A stretch of 46,391 nt of DNA from Candidatus Hermodarchaeota archaeon (GTDB lineage: Archaea > Asgardarchaeota > Lokiarchaeia > Sigyniarchaeales > SOKP01), in NCBI GenBank assembly GCA_048885925.1, contig JBHLLG010000020.1, forward strand, positions 1 to 46,391. Reading direction: 5' to 3'. This document shows, piece after piece, positions 27,318 to 36,741 of this stretch. Under the pieces are notes generated by a model that was given only the letters and a program-made list of their open reading frames with translations, was not told the DNA's origin and did no database searches. Both the position numbers and the translations under genes were made by a program. Each line of letters begins with the position of its first letter. Position 1 is the first letter of the stretch.

Positions 27318-28855
27318 TTGGAATAAATTGAATATTTTCTGTCTAGCTTAATTTTTAAACTGTCTGGTAAATTAAATTTTTCAGCATAAAATCTAAAAAT
27401 TACTTCATCAATAATTTTTTGTTCATTGGTGTAATTGTATTTTAGATTTTTCTTCTTATTTTTAATGATTGATTCTACCTGTTCTTCTACTTTCACTTTA
27501 ATTTCATTTTCTGGTTCTACAAAAGGTAAAGCATGAATTCCAGTTATTTGTATGCTATTTGTATTATTTATTATTCCTTTTGCTAGATAATTATATAAGG
27601 AACTATTTAATAGTCCCAACATATATGAAATGGATATTTTTTTCTTATTTTTAATAAATCCAATTGCTTTATTAGAATCCCAATAACATCCTCTTGGCAT
27701 AATACGTGCCGCCAATTTTGAACTTACACCACTTATTATGATACCCTCTTCTTCAAATGGTACATTTTTAGGAATATCGTAGTTCTTTATTGAATCTTCC
27801 CTCCAATCTAAAGCTTCTATAATAGGTCTAAAATATTGATCTGCACCTCCCCGTTTTAAATAAGGTTTCCAATTATCTTTTCCTAAATCAACTTGCCTAA
27901 TTACTTTGTATTTTTTTTCAGAATCCTTAATCGTTAGATTTCTTTTCTTAAAAAGTTCTGCTAATTCCGTACCATCAATAGCAGCTATATATTTTCTATT
28001 ATCATGGGTATGCATTCCTATAAATCCCTTTAAATATACGCTCAATTTAGGAGCTTTCTCAAATAACTCAATAACTTTATCTTCAACGTCAATATAAAAA
28101 AGATAAAAGGGTAAAGAATTATATTTGACTTGTTTTATTTTCTTAACATTCTTAGGAGCTTTATATTCTTCCTCACTCTTTAATCGAGGAATAATTCGCA
28201 TTAGATTACTTTCTCTGATATTCTTATATTTTTTACCAGAACATTTTGTTAAAATTATAATTACCGGACTAGTACTTACATTTTGATTGGAAAATAAATT
28301 TTTTGGTGCTAATAGAATCTCATTAATTTTACAGTTATTCAATATAAATCTCCTTAGCTTTTTATGAGTACTAAGAGTTAGAAATGAATCACTTGTGATG
28401 AATCCTAATTTTCCTCCTTCCTTTAACCTCCAAATGCTATTTATAATAAACATTGCATAAGTTTCATGAGCATTTATTTTCCCATATATTTTTCTCAATT
28501 TTAATTTATTTTTGCTTACATAAGCACTCGCTTTATTAAGGTAAGGTGGATTTCCAATAATAAAATCGAACTTGTTATATGAGTCCGGGTATAAAGCCAA
28601 AAGTGTATCTTGCTCCTTAAATGAAATACCTAACTTTTCAACTTCAAATTTAAAATTTGAATTAATGTCATAAGCATATATCTGATTTTTATCAACTCCA
28701 GACTCTAATAATTGTTTTATAAATACTCCAGGTCCTACACATGGATCCAATATCTTTTGATTTTTTTTAATCTCCCCAATTTTTGATATTATATATTCAA
28801 CTGTTTTAGATGGGGTTAAAATTACTCCTAAATCTTTATTATTAAAATTGATTAT
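27314..28855 (-). CDS. N6-adenine DNA methyltransferase (TaqI/Eco57I-like), orphan
   Basis: DPCVGPG (motif I), IIGNPPY (motif IV) and a TaqI_C-like C-terminal region. The in-frame upstream LGVILTP segment extends the ORF beyond 28750. Confidence 0.85.
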   Translation of the reverse strand: MINFNNKDLGVILTPSKTVEYIISKIGEIKKNQKILDPCVGPGVFIKQLLESGVDKNQIYAYDINSNFKFEVEKLGISFKEQDTLLALYPDSYNKFDFIIGNPPYLNKASAYVSKNKLKLRKIYGKINAHETYAMFIINSIWRLKEGGKLGFITSDSFLTLSTHKKLRRFILNNCKINEILLAPKNLFSNQNVSTSPVIIILTKCSGKKYKNIRESNLMRIIPRLKSEEEYKAPKNVKKIKQVKYNSLPFYLFYIDVEDKVIELFEKAPKLSVYLKGFIGMHTHDNRKYIAAIDGTELAELFKKRNLTIKDSEKKYKVIRQVDLGKDNWKPYLKRGGADQYFRPIIEALDWREDSIKNYDIPKNVPFEEEGIIISGVSSKLAARIMPRGCYWDSNKAIGFIKNKKKISISYMLGLLNSSLYNYLAKGIINNTNSIQITGIHALPFVEPENEIKVKVEEQVESIIKNKKKNLKYNYTNEQKIIDEVIFRFYAEKFNLPDSLKIKLDRKYSIYSN

Positions 28856-28885
28856 TAATCAGCACTCTTAAATATAATCTGGTAA

Positions 28886-30040
28886 TTACTTATCAATATC
28901 TTTTAATAGGATTGTATAGAAATGGCAGAGTTTCTTCAATATTGTTGTATCCACTTTATCAATATTATCATTGACAGAATGAATATACTTGTAAGCGCTT
29001 TTATCACCATTACCAAGGCCCTGGAATTTTTTGTTTAGAAGAAATAAACCATCGCTATACATACCAAAATAAATTTTTTTAGCTTTTTCGAGACTCATTA
29101 TATCATTATTTTCTAAAATATAATTTTGAGCCTTAAAATTTTTTTTATTAATGAGACCATGATCCCATAAATATACTCTTTTAGCGATTGAGTCAAAATT
29201 AATTATAAAGGTCTTGTCTCTATTATATTCCCTTATTATATTATAGAAATTTCTAATTCCCATTGTGCCAGATTCTTCTGCACCCGTAAAAACAAACCAT
29301 AAATTATAATTTTGAAGTTGATTTTCTGGATTTGAATAAAAAAGAACTAATTCTAAAACACACGATATTCCAGAAGCATTATCTATTGTGCCACTAGAAA
29401 CGTTATTTGTAGTATTTAATGCGATAATTAATGTAGCAAAACAATTTATAATTAAAAATAAAACTGCGAATATATAGACTAAAAAAAGAGCATGACAAAA
29501 AACAAAGGAATCAAATATAATAAAAAATAGACTAAAAGGAAAAGAAATAATCCAAATATAATATAGCATAATTCGAAATTTAATTGAGAGGGCTTGTCCT
29601 TTTGAATCCAAATGTGAAAAGAGGAAAATATTCTGATCAGAGTTGATTTTATTAGATTGAGCTGATATTTTTAAAAATATATTTTGGGAATGATAAATCC
29701 TACCAATTTTAATTTTTTCAGGATTTCTTGTAAATTTTATTAAAATTAGAATTAATAGCAAAATTAGTACTAGATTTAAAATCGTAAATATCACTTGAAT
29801 ATTTAAAAAAAGGACGATAAGAAGCCAACTTAATACTGTTAAAGAAATTTTTGGATAGATCCTTGAGTAAAAGGTACTATACGTAAATTCTTGGATCTTT
29901 GGTGTAAGTTGTAATTCTTCTATTTTTTTTTTAACAAGGTTGAAACTTTTTTTTTCAAATTCTGTTCCAGATAATCTAGGAAAAGAAAAATCCTTTAAAT
30001 TTTGCACTATACGCTTTTCATCAATCATAGTAAATCTCAC
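28886..30040 (-). CDS. Membrane-embedded M28 family peptidase
   Basis: Motifs FPRLSGTE.E, SHLDSK, GTIDNASG, GAEESG, INFD and HS.ND; paralog of 18818..20107. Confidence 0.85.
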   Translation of the reverse strand: MRFTMIDEKRIVQNLKDFSFPRLSGTEFEKKSFNLVKKKIEELQLTPKIQEFTYSTFYSRIYPKISLTVLSWLLIVLFLNIQVIFTILNLVLILLLILILIKFTRNPEKIKIGRIYHSQNIFLKISAQSNKINSDQNIFLFSHLDSKGQALSIKFRIMLYYIWIISFPFSLFFIIFDSFVFCHALFLVYIFAVLFLIINCFATLIIALNTTNNVSSGTIDNASGISCVLELVLFYSNPENQLQNYNLWFVFTGAEESGTMGIRNFYNIIREYNRDKTFIINFDSIAKRVYLWDHGLINKKNFKAQNYILENNDIMSLEKAKKIYFGMYSDGLFLLNKKFQGLGNGDKSAYKYIHSVNDNIDKVDTTILKKLCHFYTILLKDIDK

Positions 30041-30046
30041 ATTCTT

Positions 30047-31714
30047 TCAAATTAAATAAGCTCCATCTTTCGCAGAACTTACCATTTTTCTATACATATT
30101 TAAGTATCCAGTTTTAATTTTAGGTGTAGGTTTTACCCATTTTTTTAATCTTGCTTCAATTTCATCTTGAGAAATTAATAAATCTAATTTGCGATTTAGA
30201 ATATCAATTTCAATTATATCACCATCTTGAACGATAGCTATAGGACCACCTTCTATCGCCTCCGGACATACATGTCCAATACAAAGCCCCCTTGTAGCTC
30301 CGGAATATCTTCCATCAGTTATCATTGCAATTGAATTTTCTAATCTCATACCTGTTATGATTGCTGTTGGAATCGATAATTCTCTCATGCCAGGAGATCC
30401 TTTAGGTCCTTCATAACGAATAACTAATACCTCTCCTCCTTCAACTTTATTTAATATTAGAAAATCTCTTAAATCCTTTTCACAATTAAATACTTTAGCT
30501 GGACCTTTATGATGCATCATTTTGAATTCAACGGCACTTTGTTTTATCACGGCTCCTTCAGGTGCTAAATTTCCTTTCAGTACAGCAATACCCCCCTCAT
30601 TTGAGATTGGATCTTCTATATTTCTAATGATGTGGTATTCATTGAATTCTATTTTATCAAGATATTCATAAAGACTTAAACCTAAAACTGTTTTTGTTGA
30701 TAAATTCAAGAATTTTGATAGCTTTTTCATTAAAACTTTAACTCCACCAGCTTCATGAAACTCTGATAGATTATATTCTGAACTCGGTTTGAATTTGGCT
30801 AATAAAGGAATAGATTTGCTAATTCTATCAAAATCAAAATGATTTAGATTACCATCTATTTCATGTGATAAGGCACATAAATGTAGTATCATATTACTAG
30901 AACCACCAAATGAAAGTGCAACCTTAATTGCATTTTCAATTGAGTCATGTGTGATTATATCTAAAGCATTTATTTTCTTTTCAATTAGATTCATTAATAC
31001 TTTTCCCGTATCCTTACATAGCTTTTCTCTTTCCTTACTTACAGCACTTAAGGTTGCACAATCGGGCAAAGAAAGCCCCATTGCTTCTACTATACACGCC
31101 ATAGTATTCGCAGTACCCATCATATTGCAAGCACCAGGAGAGCAACACGTTTCTGATTCAATAAGAGATAACTCTTCTCTCGAGATCAACCCCACATTAT
31201 ACTGTCCTATAGCCTCTTTAATATCAGAAGTTACAAACATCTTTCCCTTAAGAGGACCATCTTGAAATGTTTTAGGTAGCATAATACCTCCTGTTAAAAA
31301 CATTGAAGGGATATTACATCTTGCTGCTGCTAAAAGCATTCCAGGTATGATTTTATCACATGAACACATTAATACCATTCCATCAAAATCATATGCCTTG
31401 ATTGTACATTCTATTGAAGAAGTTATAATTTCTCTTGAAGGTAAAATGTACATTGAGAAATTACCAGAGTTAGCAATTCCATCACATGGAGCGATTGTAT
31501 TAAATTCCATAGGAATACCACCCGCTTCTCTAACACCTTCTTTAACAAATTCAGCTAACTTACGTAAGTGAATATGTCCTGGATTAATTTCATTCCATGA
31601 ATTTACAATCGCAATTTTTGGTTTTTGTAAGTCTTCATAAGAATAACCACATCCATGATATAAAGCTCGTTCATAAGCCTTTTTAGGATCCAATTCATCT
31701 ATTTTAAACAACAT
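30047..31714 (-). CDS. ilvD: Dihydroxy-acid dehydratase (IlvD/Edd family)
   Basis: Motifs [44 protein letters not shown] and TDGRYSG. Confidence 0.9.
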   Translation of the reverse strand: MLFKIDELDPKKAYERALYHGCGYSYEDLQKPKIAIVNSWNEINPGHIHLRKLAEFVKEGVREAGGIPMEFNTIAPCDGIANSGNFSMYILPSREIITSSIECTIKAYDFDGMVLMCSCDKIIPGMLLAAARCNIPSMFLTGGIMLPKTFQDGPLKGKMFVTSDIKEAIGQYNVGLISREELSLIESETCCSPGACNMMGTANTMACIVEAMGLSLPDCATLSAVSKEREKLCKDTGKVLMNLIEKKINALDIITHDSIENAIKVALSFGGSSNMILHLCALSHEIDGNLNHFDFDRISKSIPLLAKFKPSSEYNLSEFHEAGGVKVLMKKLSKFLNLSTKTVLGLSLYEYLDKIEFNEYHIIRNIEDPISNEGGIAVLKGNLAPEGAVIKQSAVEFKMMHHKGPAKVFNCEKDLRDFLILNKVEGGEVLVIRYEGPKGSPGMRELSIPTAIITGMRLENSIAMITDGRYSGATRGLCIGHVCPEAIEGGPIAIVQDGDIIEIDILNRKLDLLISQDEIEARLKKWVKPTPKIKTGYLNMYRKMVSSAKDGAYLI

Positions 31715-31812
31715 TTAGATTTGTAAATTTAATTGATTAATGAAATTTCCTATAATAAAACAATTTTCTACTATCTAAAAAATCTTTATAAATTGAATAA
31801 AAAGTGTTATTT

Positions 31813-32715
31813 TTAATCATTTTTCATCGGATTTTTATCCATACAAGGAACTCCAAATTGACAAAATGCACATCCAACAGGATAAGTAGGAGGTCTCAAC
31901 TTCCAATTAACACGGCGAATATGTGATTTTAAAATTGGAGCAATACGATTTATCATTTTTCTGGCAATTTTTTGACCATATTCATGGCATTTAATTTTAT
32001 TGTGACCATTTTCATCAATAGCATTTCCAGGACATCTCTTTTCGCACTCTCTACAAGTTCCTTTTGAATAATATAAGCAATTTGCATAGGGATCTTCATT
32101 TTTTCTTTGAGTAATTTTAAGAGGAGCTTTAGTTACAACGGAAGCTAATCTAATATTACAACCAGCATCAGTAATTAATCCTTCATGCAAACTAAATGTT
32201 CCTAATCCTGAAGCAAATGCAATATGGCGTTCTGACCAAGTAGAATAAAATTTTCCCTTTAACAATATACTAAATGACTCACTTAGCATACCAGATACGG
32301 ATTTATATCCATTATCATTAAAAAAACCTATTATATGTTTACACGTTTCTTGTTTAAAAGAGTTAGCATAATTTCTTCCTACCGAATAGATTTCAGCAGG
32401 AAGTTTTAATTTGCCTCGTTCTTTTATATTTTTACTCTCATTACGAATTTTATCAACATAAGGAAAAACTATTGAAACAACTCGTAGTTCTGAAGCATGT
32501 ATCTTTCCTTGTCCTTCAGCTAGCCATAAATCAAGAGGATTCAAATGTTCTGGTCCGACAACCTCTTTAAATTTTTGAAAAATTGGATCATCTCCTTTAG
32601 CAACACCAATTAAGGGATCATTAAAAATTCTACCTGCCCCATAATTCTCATGAAGACGATTGAGCTCACTCGATTCAAAGAAAGAATTGAGATATCGGTA
32701 TAAATCATCTATCAA
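31813..32715 (-). CDS. Epoxyqueuosine-reductase-like 4Fe-4S protein
   Basis: Motifs WSERH.AFASGLGTF, RLASVVT, C.....TC.EC..RCP and CAFCQ.GVPC. Confidence 0.8.
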   Translation of the reverse strand: MIDDLYRYLNSFFESSELNRLHENYGAGRIFNDPLIGVAKGDDPIFQKFKEVVGPEHLNPLDLWLAEGQGKIHASELRVVSIVFPYVDKIRNESKNIKERGKLKLPAEIYSVGRNYANSFKQETCKHIIGFFNDNGYKSVSGMLSESFSILLKGKFYSTWSERHIAFASGLGTFSLHEGLITDAGCNIRLASVVTKAPLKITQRKNEDPYANCLYYSKGTCRECEKRCPGNAIDENGHNKIKCHEYGQKIARKMINRIAPILKSHIRRVNWKLRPPTYPVGCAFCQFGVPCMDKNPMKND

Positions 32716-32813
32716 TGTGATTTCCTCTTATTCTGATTTAATTAACTATATTTACTAAAAGAGATTTTATAATTTTAAGAATAATTTTTAATGTATAAAG
32801 TTAGTGTTTAAAG

Positions 32814-33920
32814 TTGGAATTTAGAAAAGTCGGAATAATTGGTACGGGTGTAATTTTCGATCTTAATATATTAGGTTATTTAAATCGAACTGATGTTGAG
32901 ATCACTTGTCTTTGTAATAGAACTGTTGAAAAAGCAAAACAAAAAATTAAAGAATTCAAACTCGATGAAAAACTTCCTATTTATTCTAATTATAAGGAAA
33001 TGATAGATCGAGAAGATCTAGATCTTTTAGAGATACTTTTACCTCATCATCTTCACGCAGATGCAACAATTTATGCAGCTCAGAAAGGAATAAGTGGTAT
33101 TTCTGTTCAAAAACCTATGGCATTAACTTTAGAAGAAGCAGATAAAATGATTAATATTTGTGAGAAATCAGGTTCAATTCTTTCAGTTTATGAAAATTTC
33201 ATATTCGCTCCCCATATTTTGAAAGCGAAAGAATTATTAGATAATGACTATATCGGTGATCCATCGTCAATTCGGATTAAAACTGCTATTGGAAGCAAAG
33301 GCGGATGGAAAATTCCCGAAAGTGCTGAAATTTGGAGAAAAGATCCTAAAAAAATAGGTGGTGGTTCTGTTGGTTCTCCTATTCTTTTCGATAATGGATG
33401 GCATGCTTTTTCATTAGCTAGCTGGTTTTTTAATGAAGAAATTGAAAAAGTGTTTGCTTGGACAGGTAACTATCAAGGTCTCGATGCGCCTGCTTATGTT
33501 ATGTTTAAATATAAACAAACCAAAGAACATGTGGTTCCTCAATATGGGAATATGGAATTTACTCTAATGCCAGAAATGGATTTTTCTGATTCAAAATATT
33601 ATCCTGTTGATGAATTCATTGAAATCATAGCTAGTCGAGGAATTATGAAAATTAACCAAGGCACATCAATAGGAAATAAAATGTCAATTTCTGAAATATT
33701 TCCCCCAATCGTGATTATACGAGATGGCAAAGTAGAAACGTATACAGACTTTAAGAAAGATTGGAAATATAGTTTTATAAATGCGACGCATTATTTTATA
33801 GAATCTATAAAAGGAAATAAAGAACCAATACTTTCTGGTAAACAAGCAAGATCCATATTAAAATTTAATCTAGCGGCTATAAAATCCGCAGAACAAGGGA
33901 AAGAGATATTTTTGGAATAA
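32814..33920 (+). CDS. Gfo/Idh/MocA family oxidoreductase
   Basis: Motifs GIIGTG, PHHLH, QKPMA, YENF and D.G.H. Confidence 0.88.
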   Translation: MEFRKVGIIGTGVIFDLNILGYLNRTDVEITCLCNRTVEKAKQKIKEFKLDEKLPIYSNYKEMIDREDLDLLEILLPHHLHADATIYAAQKGISGISVQKPMALTLEEADKMINICEKSGSILSVYENFIFAPHILKAKELLDNDYIGDPSSIRIKTAIGSKGGWKIPESAEIWRKDPKKIGGGSVGSPILFDNGWHAFSLASWFFNEEIEKVFAWTGNYQGLDAPAYVMFKYKQTKEHVVPQYGNMEFTLMPEMDFSDSKYYPVDEFIEIIASRGIMKINQGTSIGNKMSISEIFPPIVIIRDGKVETYTDFKKDWKYSFINATHYFIESIKGNKEPILSGKQARSILKFNLAAIKSAEQGKEIFLE

Positions 33921-33922
33921 AA

Positions 33923-35191
33923 TTATTTTTTTAATAATAAATCTTTATCATATTTCAATTCCTTATGAATTAAACCTTGAGTAATCCCTTTTCTTAAATC
34001 CTTTCTTATTCTCATAAAATATTTATGCAATCCTGAACCACTGATATCTTTTGGTGCTTCAACTAAGCAAGATCGATTTTTTTCATTTTTAGAAGTAATT
34101 TCATCCCAAAATACAACTCTTTTTTGCTGATCTGAAAGATGGGCCATTTTAGCAAAAATAGATAAATTTTTTCCTTGTTCACCATTATATATGGGTTCCC
34201 CACCATTCTTCATAACCGATATAAAATGATCGGTTGAATTTATAAAAGAATATCTCCAATCTCGTGGAAGATCATTTCCATATACGTTCACTTCTCCATT
34301 AGTATATACAATAATAGGAGGGAACTGGGGACTTTTTGATATAAAATTACCACCACATGTACATTGATTTATCCACATTAATCCTTTTGTTCCAGATATT
34401 TCAATATATTCATCGCATATGTAATAGTTGCTGGGGTAATATAAATTTGGAGCAATTGTAATCTCCATGATGCCAAATTTAGCAGGCTCCTCAGCTTTTT
34501 CAATTGGATATTTCCAAAATATATAACTTGGTCCATCATAACCCGCTGAGAAATAATCAATCCAACTATAAACTTCTTCAACTTGTTCTTGGCCCATTAA
34601 CCAAAGAGCCGTTGAAAATTTATGAATACCATCATCATAAACCCATGGACCCCCACCACATAGGTTGAAATTTTGACGCCATAACATTGATTTTAAATCT
34701 CTTGGCATACTAGGTCCTCCAGCATGAATCGTATTAATTCTAAAATTCAACAATTCTCCAACAATTCCATTATTTAATAATTCCTTTGCTCTTAAATATA
34801 CAGGATAGAACCGAAAATTTTCATATATTTTTAATTTTACTCTCTCCTCCTCACAAACTTTTATCATCCTTTCACAATCTGTTATAGTATGAGCCATTGG
34901 TTTCTGAATTGAAATACCTGGGATACCTGCTCTTGCACAATATTCAGTCATAGGTCCATGGAGATGATGAGGAGTTAAAATTTCAACTATATCTAAATCT
35001 TCATGATTAACCATCTCACGATAATCTGGGTAAACCTTTAAAGTTCTTAATCCCCATCTTTCTAGTTTCTCTGCTGCCATCTTTATATCAGTATCAGATA
35101 TAGCAACGATTTCTGTATCTGGTGAATGGAGATATCCTAATATATTTAAATCTGCGATTGTACCACAACCAATTATTCCAACCCTTAACAT
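33923..35191 (-). CDS. Gfo/Idh/MocA family oxidoreductase
   Basis: Motifs GIIGCG, TPHHLH, QKPMA, YENFRF and GGG..YDDGIH. Confidence 0.88.
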   Translation of the reverse strand: MLRVGIIGCGTIADLNILGYLHSPDTEIVAISDTDIKMAAEKLERWGLRTLKVYPDYREMVNHEDLDIVEILTPHHLHGPMTEYCARAGIPGISIQKPMAHTITDCERMIKVCEEERVKLKIYENFRFYPVYLRAKELLNNGIVGELLNFRINTIHAGGPSMPRDLKSMLWRQNFNLCGGGPWVYDDGIHKFSTALWLMGQEQVEEVYSWIDYFSAGYDGPSYIFWKYPIEKAEEPAKFGIMEITIAPNLYYPSNYYICDEYIEISGTKGLMWINQCTCGGNFISKSPQFPPIIVYTNGEVNVYGNDLPRDWRYSFINSTDHFISVMKNGGEPIYNGEQGKNLSIFAKMAHLSDQQKRVVFWDEITSKNEKNRSCLVEAPKDISGSGLHKYFMRIRKDLRKGITQGLIHKELKYDKDLLLKK

Positions 35192-35256
35192 ATTCCTCGT
35201 AAATTTATATATTAATCAATATTTTATTAAATTCTACCATTAAATAGTCAAATTTT

Positions 35257-36684
35257 TCATTCTTCTTTCATTTTATACCAATCTTTCATCTCATTTAATT
35301 GCTTTTCATCTTCCATAAGAAGCACTCCTTTAGCATCTCTTTCAATTATATTAAAAAGATCATTACAAATATCTTGATTATCTTCGGCTATATTTTTACT
35401 CCAATCCGGATCTTTTGACAAATCAAATAATCTCTGATAAGATCTATCATTAGAAGTAATAAGAGCATAGTTATTATCTTTGTACAATGTGCAAGCATGA
35501 AAACCGCATGTAACGTAAACACGATCTTCAACATATTGTCCATTTTCCTCGATCAATATTGAAAGATCTATACCCTCAAGGATATCGGGTTTTTCTTCAT
35601 TCAAAAAACCAAAAATTGTTGGTAATATATCAAAATCGTAAACGTAGCGCTCCTTTATTCTTTTAGGACCATTAATATTATTTGGTGGTTTAATCATAAA
35701 AGGAATATCTACCAATTCAGGATACATATAGTAGGGAATTTTGCCTGTTGCGTTATGTTCTCCTATAGAATGCCCATGATCGCTTATGAAGATAATCAAG
35801 GATTCTTCATATAATTCCATATTTCTTAGTTCATTTAAAAAATAACCAAACCATGCGTCACATAAGGAGACTTCTCCAGCATAACAAGCTCTCATATACT
35901 CTAACTCTTCTTGAGTAAGATAATCAATATCATGACGATAAGCAGGAGTAATTACTTTTTTACCTTTATAATTTTCATCTATATAAAGATCAAGGTACTT
36001 TTGTGGAGGATCCCAAGGCTCATGTGGATCAAATTCATCAATTAAGCAGAAAGTCTTTTTAATTCCTCGAGTATCTTTAGTAAATTCAATTGCTTTTTTG
36101 AAAGTTTTAGCAGGGAAATAATGTTCCTCATTTTTTCTATTCTGAATATTTGGAAAATATCTATTTAAAATAAATTTTTGATACTTTTTACTATCAGGAT
36201 CTCCACTAACAATATGTTCATTTACCATTTGATCAAGTTTGGTTTTACCCTTCCTTAAAATTGCTCTAAATTTATCATTTTCATGACCTCTAATCCAATT
36301 CCATTGATCATATCCAAGATGAAAATTCATATTTGGTTTAAATTGATGATATGTGCTGGTTATAAATGCAGTTTTATACCCAAAGCTCTTTAAATATTCA
36401 GAGAGATGAGTTTGTTGAGGTGGGATTGGATGCCATCCTGGAGCCTCAACTACATCATCAGTTCGAAGTATTGGTCTCTTATGATTAAATGGAAATGTGC
36501 GAATTCCCGTATGAATTGCTCGTCGTACAGGAATAGTTGGTAGAGATTCAGGATATGCTTTATCAAATATTATGCAATCTTTAGCAAACAGATCAAAATT
36601 TGGAGTTTTTATCCAATTATTGCCATAAGTATTTCCAGTATGGTCTTTCCGTAATGTATCAAATATAATTAGAAAAATTTTCAT
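35257..36684 (-). CDS. Sulfatase-like hydrolase (alkaline phosphatase superfamily)
   Basis: Motifs DTLRKDH, TPNFD, T.P.R...HTG, FDPHEPW and SDHG. Confidence 0.88.
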   Translation of the reverse strand: MKIFLIIFDTLRKDHTGNTYGNNWIKTPNFDLFAKDCIIFDKAYPESLPTIPVRRAIHTGIRTFPFNHKRPILRTDDVVEAPGWHPIPPQQTHLSEYLKSFGYKTAFITSTYHQFKPNMNFHLGYDQWNWIRGHENDKFRAILRKGKTKLDQMVNEHIVSGDPDSKKYQKFILNRYFPNIQNRKNEEHYFPAKTFKKAIEFTKDTRGIKKTFCLIDEFDPHEPWDPPQKYLDLYIDENYKGKKVITPAYRHDIDYLTQEELEYMRACYAGEVSLCDAWFGYFLNELRNMELYEESLIIFISDHGHSIGEHNATGKIPYYMYPELVDIPFMIKPPNNINGPKRIKERYVYDFDILPTIFGFLNEEKPDILEGIDLSILIEENGQYVEDRVYVTCGFHACTLYKDNNYALITSNDRSYQRLFDLSKDPDWSKNIAEDNQDICNDLFNIIERDAKGVLLMEDEKQLNEMKDWYKMKEE

Positions 36685-36741
36685 GATAATGAAGTTTCTT
36701 TTCTTAAATTCATATTTATCTATTTTAGATCTTTGCTTTAC

